The notes under the pieces were generated by a model that worked only from the letters and a program-made list of their open reading frames with translations, was not told the origin of the DNA and ran no database searches. 64,000 nt of DNA from Hypanus sabinus. Lineage: Eukaryota. Shown piece by piece: positions 25,531 through 38,750 of this stretch; the stretch's first letter is position 1, and each line of letters starts with the position of its first letter. Position numbers and translations under genes: made by a program. The DNA lies in the NCBI RefSeq assembly GCF_030144855.1, contig NC_082722.1, positions 63,302,001 through 63,366,000 on the forward strand, given 5' to 3'.

Positions 25531-26714
25531 AATGATGCCTCAAAACAGTTTAGAATAATTAACCATTTCTGAGGAATAGAACCTACTAAAATGTGAGAAG
25601 TAAAGTGGCCTTGTTGTGCATAACAAATGTACAGAAACAACAATATCAAAATGACCAACTAAATAGATTTCCTTAATGATCTGGCTATATAACAGAGTAT
25701 TATTGTCCTAGGCATATGCAGTATCTATTTTTGCAAAAAATATAGCAAATCCTTAACATTAGCTTAATTTCAAGAATCCAACATCATCCCTGATATTACT
25801 ATTCAATGATAATTAATGTAAAATAAACACTATTTGTAAAATAAAATGTTATTTATAATCCAATTCCCAACTCCTAAAGTTGGTCAATGTGACATTAACA
25901 TCATAAAACTAATTATAAAACTGGACAACAAAATCTAATATATTTTCACAATGTCTCTTACCAAAGGACTATGCAGAATTTATGGGCAAGGAAATAAAAT
26001 CTTGGATTGAATTTATGTGTTTGACTTGTTGAGTTCCTATTACTACAGATGATGCAGGAAATGGCTAGTAAGGGAACAATTACATACATATGCCTTAAGT
26101 GACTTTGTGTAAAACACATTGAATCTTATTGCCTGAAAAATCAAACTCCAGCTTCTGTCCCTTGATTTTCAGTAAGTTAAGTACAACTTAGGGAGGGGGA
26201 ATATATGGACTTGGGTGCAGCTGATCAATGATTTTGCTTAGTTTTGCCATTGTGTAAGGCAACTAGAGACAGTTTGGGTTACATTCACTTAAACAGCAGC
26301 TTTCCCCTCCTCACGCCTCAAACCGATAGAAGTGTTTCCAGGTTCTTCGCAGCCTGATTCCAAGATTTCCATTTGTTGGTTTCCACTCAGTGGTGTAAGC
26401 AATTTCAATGGAAAATAGTGCAGCTGTCAGCAAAGAGCATGGAATATTTACATTTTCCTTTTGTCATGGTTTCCAATTATTACACAGAAGTTATTTTTTA
26501 CCAATCATTTATTATCTTGAGCATCGTTGTTAATGATTATGATTGTTTCAAAATATCTCTAAACTTCAATAAACAAAGGAATAGGAACAGCTGATTCCAT
26601 TCAGTCTGGTCTGATCTGATATTGAACATACTCCACTTCCTTGCTATCAGACTGCGTTTATATGCTTGACAAACTCTTGTTATAGTATGTGCAATGACCA
26701 GAGGTTGCACAAAC

Positions 26715-27125
26715 TCGGGTTGTTTTCTCTCTAATGGCGGAGGCTGAGGGGAGATCTGAAAGAGGTTTATAAGATTATGAGAGGCAGACAGACAGGTTAG
26801 AAAAGCAGCATCGTTTTCCCAAAGTTGAGGGGTTTAATAACAGGGGGGGAAGCATTTAAGGTGAAACTGAGGGGCAAGATTTTTACAGAGGGTACGGTGG
26901 GTGCTTGGAATATGCTGCCTGGGGTGGTGATAGAGGCAGATACATTAGGGACTTTTAAGAGATGTTTAGATAGGCACACGAATGTGAGAAAAGTGGAAAG
27001 ATATGGACAAGTGTAGGTAAAAGAGATTTGTTTAGTTGGCCATTTGATTACTAATTTAATTAGTTCAGCACAACATTGTGGGCTGAAGGGCCTATTCCTG
27101 TGCAGTACTGTTCTGTCTTTTGTTC
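26715..27125 (+). mobile_element. CR1 LINE 3' fragment
   Basis: Translates RRLRGDLKEVYKIMRG and GAWNMLPGVVIEADTLGTFKRCLDRH; tail TGGGCTGAAGGGCCTATTCCTGTGC. Confidence 0.85.
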
Positions 27126-27293
27126 TACTTCTATTGTATACATTAGACTTCCGAAATGCTGCAGCAATACGGCAGTCGTTCACAAGTAATAACAAAATGA
27201 ATGGATCCTTCCATCAGAAAGAGATGGTGTTAATTTCAAGGAATATGGGACAGATTCAGTAGCAATTAAATATGCTATTGGTCCAGCTGCAGA

Positions 27294-28440
27294 GAGCAGC
27301 ACAGCAGCTTAGCTAGTGAAGCTGCTTCTTCAGAGTTACAGTGACATAGATTCAATACTGATCACTAGAACTAAGATCGGTATATTATTATTTAAAATTG
27401 TGCATTAACCTTAGAGAGAGATAGATACAGTAGTTAGTCAGTGTCATTTGGAAATGTAAAATACAAAGAGGGAAAAGTGTTTAAACTGAGAAGGGGAAGG
27501 ACCATAAAACCTAGTAGCAAAGTTAGGCTATTTGGCCCATCAAGTCTGCTTCACTATTCCACCATGGCTTATTATCATCCCGCTCAACCCCACTCTCCTG
27601 TCTTCTCCTCTTAACCTTTTACTAATCAAGAACCTATCGTCCTCTGCGTTATATATACCCAATAACTCAGCCTCCACAGCCATTGGTGCCAGTAAATTCC
27701 ACGGATTCTCTACCCTTTGGTTAAAGAAATTTCTCCTCATTTCTGATCTAAAGGGGCGGCCTATTCTGAGGCTGTGGCCTCTGCTCCTAGACTCCCCCAC
27801 TGTAGGAAATATCCTCTCTGAGCTCACTCCATCTAGGCTTTCCAATGTTTGATAGGTTTCAGTGAGATGCCCCTCATTCTTATAAACTTTAGTGAGTACA
27901 AAGCCATCAAACACTCCTCATACATTAACTTTTTTGTTCCTTGGATCATTCTCACGAACCTCCTCTGGACCCTCCCCAATGCTAGCATTTCCATTTTTCA
28001 ATAAGGGCCAAAAACTGCACTCAATACTCCAAGTGCTCTCTCTTCAATGCCTTATAAAAGGATATTCATAGGAAAGCTTAGAGGAGATTTAAGATGCAAG
28101 TTGCGGGTGCCTCGAAAGTGTTTCTGTGGGCAGTGAAAGAAGAATGCGTAACAGCAACATTTAAGAGGTTTTTAGTTTGATACCTGAATAGGCAGGGAAT
28201 CAAGGGAATTGATTAAGTTAAACTGCCATCTTGGTTGTGCAGACAAGCTGGGCCAAGGAGACTATTCCATGGTGTACGTTCTGTGTAGAGTTTGCAGATT
28301 CTCCCTGTGACTGTCTAGTCTTCTTCTCCTACATTGCAAAAAGTTGGAGGTTGGTATGTTAGTTGGCCAATGTAAACTGCCCTAAGTGTGTAAATGGGTG
28401 GTAAATTCTGGAGCGAGGAGTAAAGTTGAGAGTAATGTGA
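27294..28440 (+). mobile_element. V-SINE (HE1-like) split by CR1 insertions: tRNA-like head ~27294-27370, body ~28280-28440
   Basis: Head has degenerate A/B boxes (..GATTCAATACTGATC). Body CTGTGTAGAGTTTGCAGATTCTCCCTGTGACTG...TTGGCCAATGTAAACTGCCCTAAGTGTG resembles the V-SINE central domain. Confidence 0.5.
27500..28060 (-). mobile_element. CR1 LINE 3' fragment
   Basis: ORF 27540-27914: ERIFPTVGESRSRGHSLRIGRPFRSEMRRNFFNQRVENPWNLL. Confidence 0.88.
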
Positions 28441-29711
28441 TGACATGGTGACTTTCAGTTTCATAGCAACTCCTGTGTCACTATGCCCTGATCAAATTCT
28501 GCACTGCAAGTGTTTCCCAGATCAATGTAGTGAAAAGCTAGGCAGAGGCGTGCATTGTATACAATGGCTGCAATCAGTGATGGAACAGGTAATGCTAAAG
28601 TCTATTTGAAGCTCAGCAGATTCTATGTACAACGCACTGATATCAGTATAGTGAGCCTTCCACTGACACCTCCCGGTAACTTTTGTTGTGTCTGTTCAAC
28701 AGAGGTTGAAGGCTGCACCCTAAAACTCTAGTTTATGTTGATGAAGGAAAAAATGTGTGATTTCTGACTTCTAAGCTGAATTATGCAGAGTTTCTTGCTA
28801 ATATCCTAATGGGGAGAATTTTACCTGAAAATGCTTTCATGTTAATTTCACCTTAAGTGCATTAAAAATATCCATTGGCTAGAGTTCGTTTGCCACATTA
28901 GACAGGAGTTCAAATTTATGCACGTTCTATGCATAACTCCAGCCCAGCATTAAACAACTTCGCTAAATCTCAAAATAATCTCTGTTAAAATACTTACAAA
29001 ACCTAAAAGCCATTTTTTTTAAAGAGATCAGCAGTAAGTGAATGATTGCATTATACCTCCCTAAATTTAAAAGCTGGGAGTGAGGCTTCACGAAGGCATC
29101 AAAGGATATATGCTGTGGAGGTCTGTTTTCACTGGTCTTTGTTATTAGACTTGGGTCAGAATGCACCAGAGCAGGAATTTACTAATTGCACATTGAAAGC
29201 AGCAGATACTGGTCTCAGATCATTAGCTACAGTATAATTGCATCAAAGTTTCTTCATTTTTGGCAACTACTTCAGTCAGAAGATAAGGATCTGAAGTGGT
29301 TCAGAAATCACATTCAAATCCTTGTGGTGAGTAGTATACTTCATTGGACAGACACTTTTACTGGGTCTTCAAAATAAACCATTTTTATAGGAATAGCCAC
29401 AAAGGACGGATTCATGGTATCAGACATCAGTTTTCATGCTTTTGCATCATTTATAGGAAATTATGACCAATAACATCCTAACTCAAACCTTGAAGGATTA
29501 GATATTCAAATTTATGATACAGGATGGTGGGGGGAGGTATTCAACCCCTTAATTCAATGCCCACTGAAGCCTAAAAATTCTTTCCCACAGCTCAGCACTA
29601 ATCCATAGCCTTGGAGTTTACAGATCTTCGAGGGTTCACTCAGGAACTTTTGAAATGGTTTAGGGTTTCTGTCTCCATATTCTATTAGGTAGAGAGGTAC
29701 TGTACCTTAAG

Positions 29712-30250
29712 GTTACCATAGCCAAGGGAGCTAGTGGGGATAAGCTCAACTACCTGTTAAATGCTCCAAATGGCGTCCATCTCAAATAGCCTCTGACAAC
29801 CATGTCTGTCTCCTGGCTTAACGTCTAGACCTGGCAGAACCATTTCTAATGACAGGAGAAGGGGCAAAGGTAGGCTACAAACACCTTAAAATCTGTCACT
29901 TTGGCCAGATGGGGTTCGGCAGCCGTGGTTGGCAAGGCATCTAGGAGAAGGAAAACTCTGATCTCAAGCCTCTGCTGCCTTATAGGCTACATCCACTTAG
30001 GGGAATCTTTGGGGAGTAAACCCATGGCAAAATCTGGAGCTGGAGGCCCCAAGGTAGCTCAGTGCTGAGTTCAACGCCGACTGGCAACTCCTGCAATGGT
30101 GCTGGTGCCAAACTGTGTCTGTCTTTGCCGTTCCTTTGGATTCATCAGCCTTGTGTGAGGGTGAGCCTGTTACCTGGGTACCCGCTTGCTCTGCATATTG
30201 AACTGCCCTGGCTTGTGTACCATCCTGTGTATCATAGAGAGCTGGGACAC
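29712..30250 (+). mobile_element. Interspersed repeat resembling an RTE-type 5' UTR derivative
   Basis: GC-richer block containing ATCTAGGAGAAGGAAAACTCTGATCTCAAGCC, which I recall from RTE-like leaders. No protein match was visible. Confidence 0.35.
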
Positions 30251-30689
30251 ATAGAATCATAGAAAAGTACAGCACAAAAAGGCCCTTCAGCCCATCTAGT
30301 CCATGCTAAACCATTTAAACTGCCTACTCCCATTGATTTACACTAGGACCATAGCCTTCCATACCTCTACCATCTATGCACTTATCCAAACTTCTCCTAA
30401 ACATTGAAATCAAGCTTGTGTGCACTGCTTGCTCCACTCTGTAATGACACTCTGAGTGAAGAAGTTCTTCTGCATGTTCCTCTTAATTTTTTCTTTTCAC
30501 CTTTCATCCATAGTCCAGAATTATTTCTGTTACTTGCTTTTGGATTTTTCTCTTTCCAGTTTAATGGCATGAAACATTTGTCTAAACAACCTGAATTCCA
30601 GCATTCAATCTCCTTTGCGTTACTAAATTTAGTATTTGAGGCTGCACTGTCATAAGTCTGCAGTTTCTAACCTCACATTGTAAACTATC

Positions 30690-31135
30690 ATTCCATGTCC
30701 ATTTCTGACAACCCACCCACCCCATCCTTTCTCAATCTCTCTGTCTCCATCTCTGAAGACAAACTATCAACCAACATCTTTTATAAACCTGCTGATTCCC
30801 ACAGTTATTTTGACTATACTTCTTCCCTCTGTATCTCCTGTAAAAATGCTATTCCCTTTTCTCAGTTCCTTTGTCTCTGCTGCATCTGTTCCCAAGATGT
30901 GGTTTTCCTTTCCAGAACATCAGAGACGCCCCCCTTCTTCGAAGAACCAGGTTTCTCGTCCTCCACCATAGAGGCTGCTCTCACCTACATCTCCTCCAAT
31001 TCCTGAACATCCACGCTCACCCCATCTTCCTGACACCTTAACAGTAACAGAGTTCCTCTTGTTCTTATCTACCACTTCATGAGACTCCACAACTAATACA
31101 TCATCCTCCACAACTTCTGCTACCCCCAAAGGGGA
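30690..31135 (+). mobile_element. Penelope-like reverse transcriptase C-terminal (thumb) fragment
   Basis: ORF 30695-31006 FLNLSVSISEDKLSTNIFYKPADSHSYFDYTSS..SCKNAIPFSQFLCL..ICS matches the PLE pattern FLD..YxKPT..YL.Y.S.HP..K..IP.SQ.LR..RICS. RVPLVL follows. Confidence 0.85.
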
Positions 31136-31144
31136 TTTAGTGTT

Positions 31145-32750
31145 CGGTAAGCTGTATGCAGGACATTTAGAGTAGTGCACATGAAAGGAATCGCATGCAG
31201 CTACTCTTGGTGGCTAGGACTGGATGTAGCCATTGAAGAGAAGGCCAAAGCATGTCTACATTGCCGGCAATTGATTAATCTTCCTCAACTTGCTCCTTTG
31301 CATTCATGGAAATGGTCTGAAGAACCATGATGAGGTTTCACGTAGATTTTGCAGGTCTGTAAAAAGCCACATGGATGCACACAGCAAATTTCCCAAGGCC
31401 ATCATAAAGAGCACTATATCTGCATTGAGGAGCTACGTTTTATCTCCAGCCATTTTGGGCATTCTCAGCAGCTTGTAAGTGACAATGGCCCACAACCCAT
31501 GTCAAAAGAGTTCAAGGCATTGAAAGAAGCAAATGGTATTCAGCACATCAAGTCAGCACCATTTCATCCAGCCACTAATGGCCTTGCTGAACAATTCATA
31601 TGAACAATGAAGCAAGCCCTCAAGACTTCAGTGGAAATTAGATTCCTCAACCAGCATCTTAGCACCTTCTTACTGACATGCCACAATATAACTCACACCA
31701 CCTTCAAAATGGCTCCATGCACTGCACTGATGATAAAACAGCTTTGCACCTGGCTTGACCCACTTAGAAACCCAAACACCAAACAGATTGTGCTAAGTGA
31801 ACAGAAAACCCAAGCACAGAGAGACATGCTGAAGCAAAGTACAGATGTTTCACAGCAGGTGAGAAAGTACTTGCCTGGAACTACATCTCTGGAACAAAGT
31901 GACAATGGTGGCACAAACTGTCCTGTGTCGTACGTTGTGCAAACTAGTAACTACAACATCTGGAGAAAGCATGTTGATCAGCTGTCGCCCATTTCTGAGG
32001 CTACTTAAAACCATCACAAGCTGACCTTCCAAATCGGGATGTAGAATTGGGACAGGATTCTGAGACAATGACTGCAGAACCTCCATTAAGATCAAATGAC
32101 ACAAGTCAGAGTTCCCCCATCACCTCTGCTTTCTGACATGCCCCCTATTGACAATGCAGTACCCCATCCAAGATCTATACAGTACATACACCACCAAGGG
32201 ATAAAATGACATTGGCATCGTAGGAGCATACAGCCTCCAGACAGATGGAACCTCTGGTTTAGTGACTAACCCTCAGCACATGGGGCAGAATAATCTCCAG
32301 GGTATGTCTGGGAATAGAGGTAGTGAACCGTCGTTCCCTAGTTTAGACAAAAATTGTTTTCTGTTTTTGGTTGAACTTGATGATTACTCTATTGAATGTT
32401 AATAGTTTAGCATCTGGTCTGTGTATGGGGATAGGGAGAAACCTTAAAAATAAGGGGGGAGGGATATGTTATATCTTTTTTTGTATATTTTGACCCTTAT
32501 GGGTTGCTGTCAAACTTACGTACTGAAATAATACCAGAGGGTATTCTGGGTAGATGACTTACTGGCAAAGTAAACAGCTACACGTTTGTTCCTCACTTCT
32601 CCATCTCTCGCGTGTGTCATTCATGGCCACCCAGCTTCCCAGTACCACAAACATAACAGTTTCAATAAAGTAGTTTGCTTTCTTTTGAAAAGTGGCAAGC
32701 GTCTTGACCATTTTAAATAATTAATTCAGACAAGTGGAAAGTGGACAACA
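31145..32750 (+). mobile_element. 5'-truncated Gypsy/Ty3 LTR retrotransposon: integrase remnant, polypurine tract and 3' LTR (32467-32750)
   Basis: Zn-finger region HMKGIACSYSWWLGLDVAIEEKAKACLHC. Core LVSDNGPQ...NGIQHIKSAPFHPATNGLAE. PPT AAAAATAAGGGGGGAGGGA lies just before an LTR bounded by TGTT...AACA that contains AATAAA. Confidence 0.88.
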
Positions 32751-32951
32751 TAAAATAGAAAACATAGTCCAAGCAATAAGAAGCAGCTTTCTGAGGCTGC
32801 ATTTTTCTTTCAGTATTTACTTATTTCTCAGAATTCAGCATCTCTGGAAGCCTTTACATTAAGTGGACAGCAACTTAGAACATGAAAAAAGAGTTTTGCA
32901 GTGCACCAAAAAGTAAGTTATAATAAGCTTTTCTGGATATCCTGTCACATA

Positions 32952-33472
32952 TAGTACTGTGCAAAATTCTTAGGTACATATACATAGCTAGGGTGCCTAA
33001 GACTTTTACACAGCACTGCATTTGTCAACGTGGACCAGAGAGCAAGTTTGTAAATCTGATAGTGGGAATGGCAAGGGTAAAGTGCCAGGAATAGGGTGTG
33101 GCACAGGTGGCAGAGAAGGAATGCCAGGGACAGGGAGGTTGCCACACCCAGGTAAGGTAAGGTCATTTGATTCCAAACAATTAGTTTATTGATCATTACA
33201 GAACGCCTCTCTGGTGGTTCCCACTTCATCCCTCTCCCCTACCCTTTCTCCAATCATGATTCCCCACTGCCTGCCCCCTTCCCACTCTCAGTCCACAATA
33301 AAGACCCATATCAGAGTCAGGTTTATTGTCACTTACCTATGTCATGAAATTTGTCTTTTTTTGTTGTGGTGGCAGTACAGTACAAGATACAAAATTACTA
33401 TAGTACAGTGCAAATGTTTTTGGCACCCTAGCTATACATACAGTTTCTGTCTAAGACTTTTGCATAGTACTG
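32952..33472. mobile_element. Non-autonomous Tc1/mariner-type MITE with self-complementary ends
   Basis: TA-flanked termini TAGTACTGTGCAAAATTCTTAGG ... CTAAGACTTTTGCATAGTACTG. Each end also contains an inverted copy of the same motif. Confidence 0.75.
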
Positions 33473-34449
33473 TATGTCTTAGTATTTCCTCTGGGAAACT
33501 TGAGAAGTGCTAGTAATTTAAGCCAATAAATGATACTTTATTCACATAAAATAAATTACATTATGCAGAGCAATATTGCTTGCAGTGGCATACTCTGAAG
33601 CAGGTATTGGAACATTCAGAGAAATCTTTTGAAATAAATGATCAATTTTTACCAGATTTTAATAGTTCTTGAATATTAAGAAATAGCAGCTTATATAGCC
33701 AGTGGTGTTGTGACTTGGCCAGCTGTCAGATGCCTTGAGTCATTTCATGGTTAGGACTCCCATGAATGTGACAGCAATTACATTCACAGGATCAGGCCTT
33801 GTTATTCTAGATCTGGGTTTAGCTTTCAGGAACTTTTAACTTTCTAGGGTCAAATGCAGTGTGATTTATACACAGCTCAGGGGCAAGGCTAAATGGCGAG
33901 ACATACACATCAAGTTCTGGGTAACTGCCTCAAAATTTTCCTGACAGATTTCTCTATGTTTCACATTGTCTATTGTTAATATCTTCTTCACCGTTTAATA
34001 AATTTCCATATCAGTGCCATTTGGAAACTTTTATGTCACACAATCTCAATAATTGAAACACTGGATGACATCCAAATCAGCTACTGAACACTGAGCTTCA
34101 AACTTGCCTTATAAAAGGTGAAAAGCTATTTGTGAATTTAAATACTTATTACTTCAATAGGATCTGCCTACCAAACAGAACACTATATAACCATACCAAT
34201 ATTTTTTACTTGATTTCATCGGATTTGGTCTCCTCTTGTTGAGCTAAATGACAAATATGGGGACAACATGATAATGTAAAGGTTAATGTAAAGCTTTACA
34301 ACAACAGCATGCTTGCGATCTCGGTTCAATTCCTGCCCTTGTCTGTAAGGAGTTTGTACATTATCCACAGGTTAGAGTTAGTGAGTTGGGGGCATGTTAT
34401 GTTGGTGCCAGAAGCACCAACATTATTTTTTATCGGCAGCTCAAGCACA

Positions 34450-36085
34450 GGGAGTGTCAGTGTCAGTGTCAGAGCACTGTGGAAGCCGGGTGAGAGAGGA
34501 TAAAATGAGCAGATTCAGGCAATGTTTGTCTTTTTGGGCTGTGCAGGCACTGAGAGTGTCGGAGTCAGAGGCCTAAACTCAGCTACAAATCAAAGTAGGA
34601 TAGGCTCGTGGAGGGGCTATTATTGGACTGTGCCAGTGATAGAGTGTGAAGGCTTAAGCACGAACAGGTAAAGATACAGTTAAAAAAAAACCTTTTTCTT
34701 TATTACTCTAGAGCAGTTGGGATGGAATGCTTCTCCTGTCAGATGTGAGAACTCAGGAATTTTGTCAGCTTCTCTGATGACTACACCTGCAGGGAGTACA
34801 TCCAACTTCAGCACCTGACTGACCAGGTCAACGATTTGGTGCTGGTGTTGGATGTACTCAGGATCATTCCTGAGGCTGAAGATATTATAAATGAGACTTT
34901 TGAAGAGGTGATTGCACCCAGAATAAAGGCATTGGACAGTAAATGGGAGATGTAAAGGGATTAAGAAGTCAGTGCAGGGCCCTGCGGTGGCCATTCCCCT
35001 CAGTAATAAGAATATCTCTTTGAATACTGCTGGTGAGGATGACCAATTTTGACACAGCAGCAGCAGTCAGTCTGGTGGAACTGTGGCGTCAAAAAAGACT
35101 CCAGGATGGTGTGTTGCTTCATGGATGCTAGGGTCCATGATGTATGGGAACAGCTGCAAAATATTCTCAAGGGGGAGGAGGAGCAGACAGAAGATGTGAT
35201 GCTTATTTGCACTAATGACGAAGGCAGAAAAGGAGAAGAGGTCCTATCCAGTGAGTATATAGAGTTAGGAAAGAAGTTGAAGAGAAGGGCCTCCAGTGTT
35301 GTAATCTCCAGATTACTCCCTGTACCATGGGCTAGTACAGGTAGGAATGGGGTGATTGCATGGATCAATGAGCGGCTGAGGAAATAGTGCAGGGAGCAGG
35401 GCTTCAAATTCCTGGATTATTGGAACCTTTTCTGGGGAAGGGGTGACCTATACAAGAGGACTGGTTGCATCTGAATTGGAGGGGACCCAATATCCTGGGA
35501 GGTTTGCTAATGCTACTCAGGAGAATTTCAGCTAGTTTTGCAGGGGGCTGGGAACTAGAGCCCCAGGTCAGTAAGGGAAGCATCAGTCCAGAAGGAAGAT
35601 GTCAGGGTAAATACTGAAAGGCAAAATTGAAGTAACAGGAATGATGGGTTGGATTGTTTGAAGTGCTAGGAGTATTTTAATGCTTGGAGCATTATAGTTA
35701 AGGGTGATGAACTTAGAGCATCCGTCAGTACGTGGGACCATGATGTTGTAGTCATTACTGAAACTTGGTTGAGAGAGGGGCAGGAATGGGTAATTAGTGC
35801 ACCAGGTTTTCAAAGTTTTAGAAAAAGATAGAGGAGGAGATGGGGGGATTTGCACTACTAATCAGGGCCAACATCACAGCCGCACTCTGGGGAGACATAA
35901 TGAGGGGTCAGACACTGAGTCCAGTTGGGTGGAACTCAGGAATAGGAAGGGTCCAATCACTCTAATTGGATTGTACTACAGGCTCCCTAATAGCCACTGG
36001 GACATTGAGGAACGGATATGTAATCAGAATAAGGAAATAGGTAAAAATAATAGGGTTGTTGTCATGGGATATATCAACTTCCATT
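34450..36085 (+). mobile_element. CR1 LINE 5' part: UTR, ORF1 (Zn-finger/coiled coil and SGNH esterase) and start of ORF2 endonuclease; pseudogenised
   Basis: ORF1 esterase RMVCCFMDARVHDVWEQLQNILKGEEEQ...TND...VVISRLLPVP. Endonuclease DVVVITETWL, ESSWVELRNRKGPITLIGLYYRLPNS and VVVMGYINF. Confidence 0.9.
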
Positions 36086-36089
36086 ATGT

Positions 36090-38750
36090 AAGAAAGAAAA
36101 GAGCTTTGACCAGCAACCAGTCTGGACATCAGAGGTTTTAAGAGGAGGGATTTCAATCAGGTCCACTGCCTGAGTACAAAAGGCAACAGCTAGAGTGGAA
36201 ATGTGCTTGGACTAGTCATCATTCAGCAATTGTGATTGTTTAGCAACAGCAAATTAAAGCAAGGCAGAGGCAGTACAGCAGTCATCATTGCAGAGGCCAT
36301 TGGAGTGGGCAGAGTGAGAGTGTTAATCTTGAGTCTTTAGCTCTTCGAGGTTTCACCGAACAGAAGCATCAATCGGAGAAAGCAAAGGAAAGAAAAGCTC
36401 AAGGTTAAATTATTTTTCTTCCTTCTCTTCTGTATATCTGCTCAGCTGGGATAGTGGAGATGCCAGGCAGGATAGTGGGAATGCTCCTCTAGCAAAATGT
36501 GGGAAGGCAGGGAGACCTCCAGTGTCCCTGACAACTAATCTGTGAGAGTGCATCAAATGTTATGATAATCATGGGAGACTTCAATATACAGGTAGATTGG
36601 GAAAATTAGGTTGGTGCTGGATTTTCTAGAATGCCTACAAGAGCATTTAGAGCAGCTCGTGGTTGAGTCAACTAGGAGATCAACTATTTTGGATTGGCCG
36701 CTGTGCAATGATCCAAAATTGATTAGAGAACTTAAGGTAAAAGAACAATTAGGGGCAAGTGATCACAATATGATCGAATTCACCCTTTAATTTGAGAAGG
36801 AGAAGCTAATATCAAATGTATCAGTATTACAGTGGAGTAAAGGTGGTTATAGAGGCATGAAAGAGGAGTTGGCCATAACTGCTTGGAAAAGAACACTGGC
36901 AGGGATGACAGCAACAACAGAGCAACAATAGCTTGAATTTCTGGAAGCAATTCAGAAGGCACAGGATATATACATCCCAAAAAGGATGTACTCTAAGGGC
37001 AAGACGACACAACTGTAACTGACAAGAGAAGTCAAAGCCAACTTAGAAGCCAAAAGGGAGGGCATATATAATGAGCAAAAATTAGTGGGAAGTCAGAGGA
37101 TTGGAAGGCTTTGAAATACCAAGAAAAGACAACTAAAAATGTAATTAAGAAGGTAGAGATGGAATACAAAAGTAAGCTAGCTAATGATATTAAAGAGGAT
37201 GCCATAAGTTTCTACAAATACAAAAAGTGCAAAAGAGAGGTGAGTGTGGATATTGGTCTGCTGGAAAATGATGCTGGAGAGGTAGTAACGGGGACAAGGA
37301 AGTGGCAGGCAAACTGAGTAAGTATTTTGTATCAGTCTTCATTGTGAAAGACATTTTGGAAATTTTGGGTGTCAGGGGTCATGAAGTGTGTGAAATTACC
37401 ATTACTAGAGAGAAGGTTCTTGGGAAGCAGAGAGGTCTGAAGGTAGTTAACTTGGATCAAATGGTGTACACCACAGGTTTCTGAAACAGGTGGTTGAAGG
37501 AATGGTGGAGCCATTAGAAATAATCTTTCAAGAATCACTACTAGATTCTGGAATGGTTTTGGAAGGCTGGAAAATTGCAAATGTCACTCCACTCCTCAAG
37601 AAAGGAGTGAGGCAGAAGAAAGGAAACTATAGGTCGGTTAGTCTGACCTCTGTGGTTGAGAAGATGTTGAAGGCAGTTATTAAAGTCAGGGTACTTGGAG
37701 GCACAGGACAAAGTAGGCCATAGGCAGCAGGATTTCTTCAAGGGAAAATCTTGCCTGATAAACCTGTTAGAATTTTTTGAAAAAGTATCAAGCAGGATAG
37801 ACAAAGGAGAATCAGTTGATGTTCTGTACTTGGATAGACAAGGTGCTACCAATGAGGCTGCTTTACAAGCTACGAGCCTATGGCGTTACAAAAAATATTC
37901 TAACATGGATTTTGTGGCTGATTGGCAGGATTGGCAGGAATAAAGGGAGCCTTTTCTGTTTGGCTGACCACGGTGACTAGTGGTGTTTCACAGGGGTCTA
38001 TGTTGGGATCGATTCCTTTTACGTAATATATCCACGATTTGGATGATGGAATTGATGGCTTTAATACAAAGTTTACAGACGATATGAAGATAGGTGGAGG
38101 GGAAGGTAGTTTTGAAGAAGTAGAGAGGCTTCAGAAGGACTTAGATTAAGAGAATGGGCAAAGAAGTGGCAGATGGAATACAGTGTCAGGAAGTGTATGG
38201 TTATGCATTTTGGTAGGAGAAATGAAACTGTTGACTATTTTCTAAATGGAGAGAAAATACAAAAAACTGAGGTACAAAGGGCCTTGGGAATCCTTATGCT
38301 GGATTCCCTAAAGGTTAATTTACAAGTTGAGCCTGTGGTGAGGAAGGAAAATGCAATGTTTTCATTTCAAGAAGACTCAAATATAAATATAAGGATGTAA
38401 AGTTGAGACTTCATAAAGCACTGGTGAGGCCCCTTATCTTAGAAAGGATGTGCTGAAACTGGAGTGGGTTCAAAGGGGGATTATGAAAAAGATTCCAGGA
38501 TTGAATGGCTTGTCACGTGAAGAGCATTTGATGGCTCTTGGCCTGTGTTCACTGGGATTCAGAAGAATGAGGGGTGACCTCATTGAGACCTATTAAATGG
38601 TGAAAGGCCTTGATAGAGTGGATGTGGAAAGGATGTTTCCTATGGCGAGAGAGTCTAAAACCAAAGGACACAGCTTCAGAATTGAGGGGCATCCTTTTAG
38701 AATGGAGAAGAAGGAATTTCTTTAGCCAGAGAGTGGTAAATCTGTGGAAT
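36090..38750 (+). mobile_element. CR1 LINE, internally deleted: 5' UTR and ORF1 start joined to most of ORF2; pseudogenised
   Basis: MPGRIV...MWEGRETSSVPDN at ~36460. Then IIMGDFN, WKIANVTPLLKKGVRQKKGNYRSVSLTSVVEKML, KGKSCLINLLEFFE, GVSQGSMLG, FTDDMKIGG and RRNFFSQRVVNLWN. Confidence 0.92.
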
